From: an uncultured virus (IMG/VR IMGVR_UViG_3300025018_000005)
Taxonomy: Duplodnaviria > Heunggongvirae > Uroviricota > Caudoviricetes
Direction: 5' to 3' (one strand)
Length of the DNA stretch: 20,000 nucleotides
Virus record (IMG/VR): IMGVR_UViG_3300025018_000005
The notes under the pieces were generated by a model. The model was not told the origin of the DNA. It saw nothing but the letters and a program-made list of their open reading frames with translations, and ran no database searches. A program made the position numbers and the translations under genes. Below, one piece after another: positions 15,805-20,000 of this stretch; positions within the stretch are counted from its first letter, which is position 1; each line of letters begins with the position of its first letter.

Positions 15805-15824
15805 TACTGTATGGATGTACAGGC
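15805..15824. promoter_or_regulatory. strong LexA box
   Basis: TACTGTATGGATGTACAGGC. Confidence 0.7.
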
Positions 15825-15942
15825 CTACCACTTCACTATTTTTCAAATTTTAATTCAGGTACATTAGCTTCCTCTAATATCCACCATACTAGACCCCCTA
15901 GTCCACCCCCCTTCCTACCCACTCTACCTACACTCACCAATC

Positions 15943-15971
15943 TTGACATCCTAAAATTTTTCACATAAAAT
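15943..15971 (+). promoter_or_regulatory. strong sigma70 promoter
   Basis: TTGACA-17bp-TAAAAT; RBS AAGGAG before ATG 16001. Confidence 0.8.
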
Positions 15972-16000
15972 TCACACTCAATTAACTCAAAGGAGTCGTT

Positions 16001-16243
16001 ATGAAATCACCAATTTACGAAGCAGCACTCAGAGGATCACGATGCGGATGCTCATCATGTGGCCGTGTATTTGCAAGTCTGGCAGCGTTTGACAAGCACA
16101 GACAGGTAATCCAAGACACACAGCTCAATCCAAGCCAAGATCCATACACCAAGCAATGCACAGACCCATTGACTCTTGGTATGCAAGTCAAACCGCATCC
16201 AACTGAAATCGTCTATCAGTTCCCACCAATCTCCAAAAACTAA
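16001..16243 (+). CDS. FDxHR-type putative zinc-binding phage protein
   Basis: CSSCGRVFASLAAFDKHR...C.DP..LGM. Confidence 0.75.
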   Translation: MKSPIYEAALRGSRCGCSSCGRVFASLAAFDKHRQVIQDTQLNPSQDPYTKQCTDPLTLGMQVKPHPTEIVYQFPPISKN

Positions 16244-16288
16244 CCACTAATTCCAATCTTCAAACCAAATCCCACAATCCACTCGTAC

Positions 16289-16310
16289 AAAAGGGGCTAT
16301 TAAGCCCCTT
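16289..16310. terminator. terminator hairpin between convergent genes
   Basis: AAGGGGCT-atta-AGCCCCTT with an upstream A-run (T-run on the - strand). Confidence 0.7.
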
Positions 16311-16378
16311 CTCGCATTCATATTTAACTATTTCAGACGTTTTCTACCCTACACCTAGGCTACCCTACTGCCTACCCC

Positions 16379-16846
16379 CTAAAACCCTCCTAATTCGTCA
16401 ATAGAGATCACCTTGATATTCTGCCACCATGCGCATCCGTCAGCCTCAAACACTAGACCGTCGTCGTCATCAAGCTCAATCGCAGTCAACACCCCTATCA
16501 CCCATTCTTCGTCATCAAAAAACTGATACAGCTTCCCGATCTCGATCTTGAATCCAAGCTTCTCCTCCAAAGCTTCATGCTCACTCAGCACCTTCCGAAC
16601 CTTCTCACCAGTCTCAATCAAAATCAACGAGCTAACGTAACTCAATCCACGATCACCTTCTGAGTGCCAAGCGCCATAATCATCCCAACCACAAAAAAAC
16701 AACTTAGCAATCTGCAAACCTCCGTCAGCAAATCCAAACCGAACAATATCTCCATCACAATCCCAGTATGGCTTCCCAGTTTCAATCTCGTAGCCAAGGA
16801 CTTCAACACAGCCTTCGCGAACTTCACCCATTTCACCAACTCCCAT
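16379..16846 (-). CDS. acidic hypothetical protein with an internal repeat
   Basis: RBS GGAGG; EVLGYEIETGKPY and EKLGFKIEIGKLY repeat. Confidence 0.8.
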   Translation of the reverse strand: MGVGEMGEVREGCVEVLGYEIETGKPYWDCDGDIVRFGFADGGLQIAKLFFCGWDDYGAWHSEGDRGLSYVSSLILIETGEKVRKVLSEHEALEEKLGFKIEIGKLYQFFDDEEWVIGVLTAIELDDDDGLVFEADGCAWWQNIKVISIDELGGF

Positions 16847-16881
16847 TTCAACCTCCTCTCACCCCTCAAAATTCACCATGA

Positions 16882-16910
16882 ATCTTACCCATAAATTCAC
16901 CCTGTGTCAA
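16882..16910 (-). promoter_or_regulatory. sigma70-like promoter
   Basis: - strand TTGACA-17bp-TAAGAT upstream of 16846. Confidence 0.7.
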
Positions 16911-17905
16911 GCCCTAATTTTCACCCCCTGAAAATCCCACCAATTTCACAGCCATTTTCACCCCAAATTTTCACCTCGAAATCCACTCCATTTTTCCCAT
17001 CAAAATCTCACTCCGAACACAACCGCACTTCAAAACACTACCTTGTCATTTTGACAACCATCTTAAAATTTTATTTAAAATAAAAAAGGAGGGATCAAAG
17101 GGAAGTAATAGGGTGGGGGAAAGCTGTAGGAAACTTAACTATATTATTTATATTATTTAAATACTTTTATTATATATATATTACTATATACCCCTACTTT
17201 ACTGGGCTCGAACACTGTTTTATTTAAGGAGAAACGATTCTCCTTTTATTCGATTTTTTCTCCTTTTATTAAAATCCTGTCCACTTGGACAACTTCTGTC
17301 ACAACCGAATCTCACTCCTATATTCCAAAAACAACACATTTCAATCATTCTTATAACCATTTCATACAGTACATTTTGACGACCTAACCAGCAGATATTT
17401 CAAATCCTCCTGAAATTCTACCAAAACTAACACCAAAAACAGTACAAAAAATAACCAAATGCACCCATTTAATACCCATGAAATCCACTCTAAAACCCCT
17501 ATAAAAACACCGTTCAAATACCTACTAAAAACCACCTCAAAACCAACCAAAACACGCACCAAAAACACACTTATTTTTACCATTTAAACCACCGTTCAAA
17601 TCATCCAAAACACCAAATGAAAACACCCCAAAACCCATCAATTTTCATCCAAAAATACCACGTTCAACTAACCAAATCACCACCTAAAACACCACTGTCC
17701 CGCCGAAATCCCAGCCTGTTTTTCGGACAGCTCCATACCAATCCAACCTAATTCCAACCCAAATTCCAACCCATCCCACACCCAATACCCTGATAAAACA
17801 CCAAAAAACATCCATAAACCAAGTGTGCTATAGTGTGAATCTGCTCAGAAATCGAGCAAAAATAAAGCATAGTACCCACCAAAAACAACCGAAATAGGAC
17901 TAAAA

Positions 17906-18205
17906 ATGGAAGAAATAATCGAGAAAGAGATACAGGAAAAGAACCTAAACGCACCAAGACTGACGCCAGATTTGATCGATGCAACTATCAAATCTGAGCA
18001 ATATTATGTGTTTCCGAACACCACTCTAACGGTCTGCGCGCTTACTTTGCGCAATGGATTTACGGTGACAGGCGAGAGTGCAGCAGCGTCACCAGCTAAT
18101 TTTGATGAAGAAATTGGTAGAAAGATAGCGCGCGATAATGCCCGAAATAAGATTTGGCAGCTTGAAGGTTATCTATTGTGTACTAAATTGAGTGAATCAG
18201 CTTAA
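17906..18205 (+). CDS. Gp49 family protein (phage N4 Gp49 / Sf6 gp66-like)
   Basis: EKEIQEKNLNAPRLTP...TLTVCALTLRNGFTVTGESAAASPANFDEEIGRKIARDNARNKIWQLEGYLL. Confidence 0.88.
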   Translation: MEEIIEKEIQEKNLNAPRLTPDLIDATIKSEQYYVFPNTTLTVCALTLRNGFTVTGESAAASPANFDEEIGRKIARDNARNKIWQLEGYLLCTKLSESA

Positions 18206-18238
18206 AATAAAAGCCATCCATATACTTAGCCAAATAAA

Positions 18239-18260
18239 AAAGGGTGGAAATCCACCCTTT
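18239..18260. terminator. bidirectional intrinsic terminator
   Basis: AAAGGGTGGA-aa-TCCACCCTTT between convergent genes. Confidence 0.8.
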
Positions 18261-18363
18261 AGCTCTAATAAACAAACTTAAACCATGTTAATGCGCGTCT
18301 ACAAACTCACCAGTAATAACCCCATCACCACAAGCAACCCTCTTGCTAACATAGCTAACACCA

Positions 18364-18546
18364 TCATCTAACCCCTTCTGGAAACACCAACTTTCCACCC
18401 TTATCTCCACCCTCAATCCACTGAAAATCAAACTTGTCTTGTATCAGCCATTCATCACCTACATCGATCATGTCCAGTACAACCTTCTCAGCGACGGTTT
18501 CTGCGATCAACGTAATCCGCCCATTCTCGTTCAAAACTGCTTTCAT
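18364..18546 (-). CDS. hypothetical protein
   Basis: RBS AGGAGG; 60 aa, possibly frameshift-truncated. Confidence 0.7.
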   Translation of the reverse strand: MKAVLNENGRITLIAETVAEKVVLDMIDVGDEWLIQDKFDFQWIEGGDKGGKLVFPEGVR

Positions 18547-18557
18547 AACCCCTCCTA

Positions 18558-18905
18558 TTATTCATCAAACTCATGTGACATTTCAAAATCTCTAAACCGA
18601 GAAACCTCATCAAGCACAAACATATGCTCGTCATTTGCAAGCTTATCCCTATGGCAATCACTACCGTAAACAGCGACATGCCATCTAACAATAAATGATT
18701 TATGGGTTAAAAACTGATCAATTTCGTCATCGCCAATCAACCCCTCACACATCCCTATGAAGGTATGCCACTGATCCACTGACATATTAATGGCTAGCAT
18801 TGCCTCACTAACTTCATCGCCTCTCAGCTCATGATAACCTCTGACGATCCTATCTCTGAACGCTATCCTAGCTCCTTCCCTCAAGCCTTCTTTTGATACT
18901 TTCAT
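18558..18905 (-). CDS. hypothetical protein
   Basis: RBS GGAGG; 115 aa. Confidence 0.75.
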   Translation of the reverse strand: MKVSKEGLREGARIAFRDRIVRGYHELRGDEVSEAMLAINMSVDQWHTFIGMCEGLIGDDEIDQFLTHKSFIVRWHVAVYGSDCHRDKLANDEHMFVLDEVSRFRDFEMSHEFDE

Positions 18906-18927
18906 ATCCTCCCCTTCAAGCCATTCA

Positions 18928-19164
18928 TCAACACCGATTACAATTCACACCAGCGGCACCAGCGGCGTTTATGACATCTACTATGTCGACATCACCACCT
19001 AACGTACCATACCTATCATCAGCCAACTTCTCAAGCCGCTCATTTTCATCGTAATCCTCGGTCATACCACGCCAATAACCGCCATCATCCCCCATGACAA
19101 GCTCAAGCTTACCACTATCAAACTCCCCACTTTTTACATCTTGAAACAATTTCTCGTAATTCAT
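18928..19164 (-). CDS. acidic hypothetical protein
   Basis: ATGA overlap with the upstream gene; 78 aa. Confidence 0.75.
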   Translation of the reverse strand: MNYEKLFQDVKSGEFDSGKLELVMGDDGGYWRGMTEDYDENERLEKLADDRYGTLGGDVDIVDVINAAGAAGVNCNRC

Positions 19165-19424
19165 GATGCCTCACTCCTCCCATCTACACCACTAAGCGGC
19201 TTCTCATTAATAATCTTTGCAGCTAAATCTTCTAGTCGATAGACGAACTCCTGTTGCTCCTGCGCCAGAACAGGTAGCGACTCAGCAATCCGCTTCACGC
19301 CCCTATCCGACTCAGCAAGCTCAAGCATTTTCTTCTTGTCTAGGCCAGTAAAACTACCTGTTTCTATGTACCTAACCCACTGCATTATTGCAAAATACGC
19401 AATACTATCGTCACTCTCAAACAT
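19161..19424 (-). CDS. hypothetical protein (MFESDDSIAY...)
   Basis: RBS GGGGG before ATG 19424. Confidence 0.7.
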   Translation of the reverse strand: MFESDDSIAYFAIMQWVRYIETGSFTGLDKKKMLELAESDRGVKRIAESLPVLAQEQQEFVYRLEDLAAKIINEKPLSGVDGRSEAS

Positions 19425-19536
19425 TATCAAGCCCCCACAACTTAATGTGAGCACTCGTAATAGGCTCACCAAAGCCATCAACAACCTTATCTTGATCCAA
19501 TACCTCTAATTCTTTAATCAATTCCTCAAGCTTCAT
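19417..19536 (-). CDS. small hypothetical protein (39 aa, MKLEELIKELEVLDQDKVVDGFGEP...)
   Basis: translated by hand; RBS AGGAGG. Confidence 0.6.
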   Translation of the reverse strand: MKLEELIKELEVLDQDKVVDGFGEPITSAHIKLWGLDNV

Positions 19537-19554
19537 GACCCCTCCTATTTTAAT

Positions 19555-19902
19555 CTAAAAAACAACCAACGCACCATTTACACCCTCAACAACCACTGTA
19601 TTTGGGTATAGGAGCCTCGTTTCAACGCCATCAAGGTAAGTGACACGCTTCAGCACCTTATTGATGCTAACAACCGATTCAACCTCAATACCATCGCATA
19701 TAACCCTTGCCGGATACCCAAGCCTCGCAACTTCTACGCTATCGGATGTTATCTCGCATTCATCACAATCAGCCAGCAACTCCAGTGCAGACACGACTTC
19801 TTCAGGCAGCTCATCAATATACTCACCCAATAGATCTATCAGTGTTTTAACCTTGTCAATATTCATAACATCCACTTTGATACTTAAGCTCTTACTAGCC
19901 AT
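19555..19902 (-). CDS. hypothetical protein
   Basis: RBS GGAG; 115 aa. Confidence 0.75.
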   Translation of the reverse strand: MASKSLSIKVDVMNIDKVKTLIDLLGEYIDELPEEVVSALELLADCDECEITSDSVEVARLGYPARVICDGIEVESVVSINKVLKRVTYLDGVETRLLYPNTVVVEGVNGALVVF

Positions 19903-19904
19903 AC

Positions 19905-20000
19905 TTATTTCTCCACCAAATCATACTTAGACTCAAGCCATTCAACGACACTGAGAAACCCCTTGTCCTGCCATTCATCAGCGTTACCATACAATTCAGC
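19905..20000 (-). CDS. 3' end of a hypothetical protein running off the window
   Basis: ...AELYGNADEWQDKGFLSVVEWLESKYDLVEK*. Confidence 0.55.
   Translation of the reverse strand, partial: AELYGNADEWQDKGFLSVVEWLESKYDLVEK

Noticed and set aside
15359..15853. 164-aa ORF (and 15226..15444) across the repeat zone
   Set aside because: The W/Y/I/D-rich translation simply reflects the LexA and DnaA box repeats; there is no convincing RBS
17362..17984. Hydrophobic - strand ORFs 17362-17583 and 17748-17984
   Set aside because: Their V/F/L/G richness follows from the extreme C/A bias, and one overlaps the Gp49-family gene
16664..19930. Plus-strand ORFs 16664-16894, 18439-18669, 19640-19930
   Set aside because: They are antisense to - strand genes that have good RBSs
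1..20000. Genome-wide stop-codon reassignment
   Set aside because: TAA, TAG and TGA all end well-recognised genes at the expected lengths

Overview
This is a gene-dense segment of a lytic dsDNA tailed-phage genome. The host is probably a gammaproteobacterium, judged from sigma70-type promoters and CTGT-N8-ACAG LexA boxes. Positions 1-14.5 kb carry + strand genes: an interrupted nucleotidyltransferase-like gene, polynucleotide kinase/phosphatase (pseT), a DEDDh exonuclease, a WYL-like protein, a MazG-like pyrophosphatase, tRNA-like remnants, a Gp157-like protein, a probable terminase small subunit, a PAPS-reductase-family enzyme, two pentapeptide-repeat paralogues, denV, and many small early genes behind strong, partly duplicated promoters. 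Positions 16.4-20 kb are mostly - strand small genes, plus a + strand Gp49-family gene. The two arms converge on a mostly non-coding region (about 14.55-17.9 kb) where G/T versus C/A strand bias flips. This region holds the most striking element: a packed cluster of host regulator binding sites. It comprises a ~48-bp periodic array of LexA (SOS) boxes, an 11-bp phased array of DnaA boxes, a perfect TyrR box and several other operator-like palindromes. It resembles an expanded T5-type injection-stop region or a DNA decoy for host regulators. All family calls are from motif recognition by eye; no searches were run.
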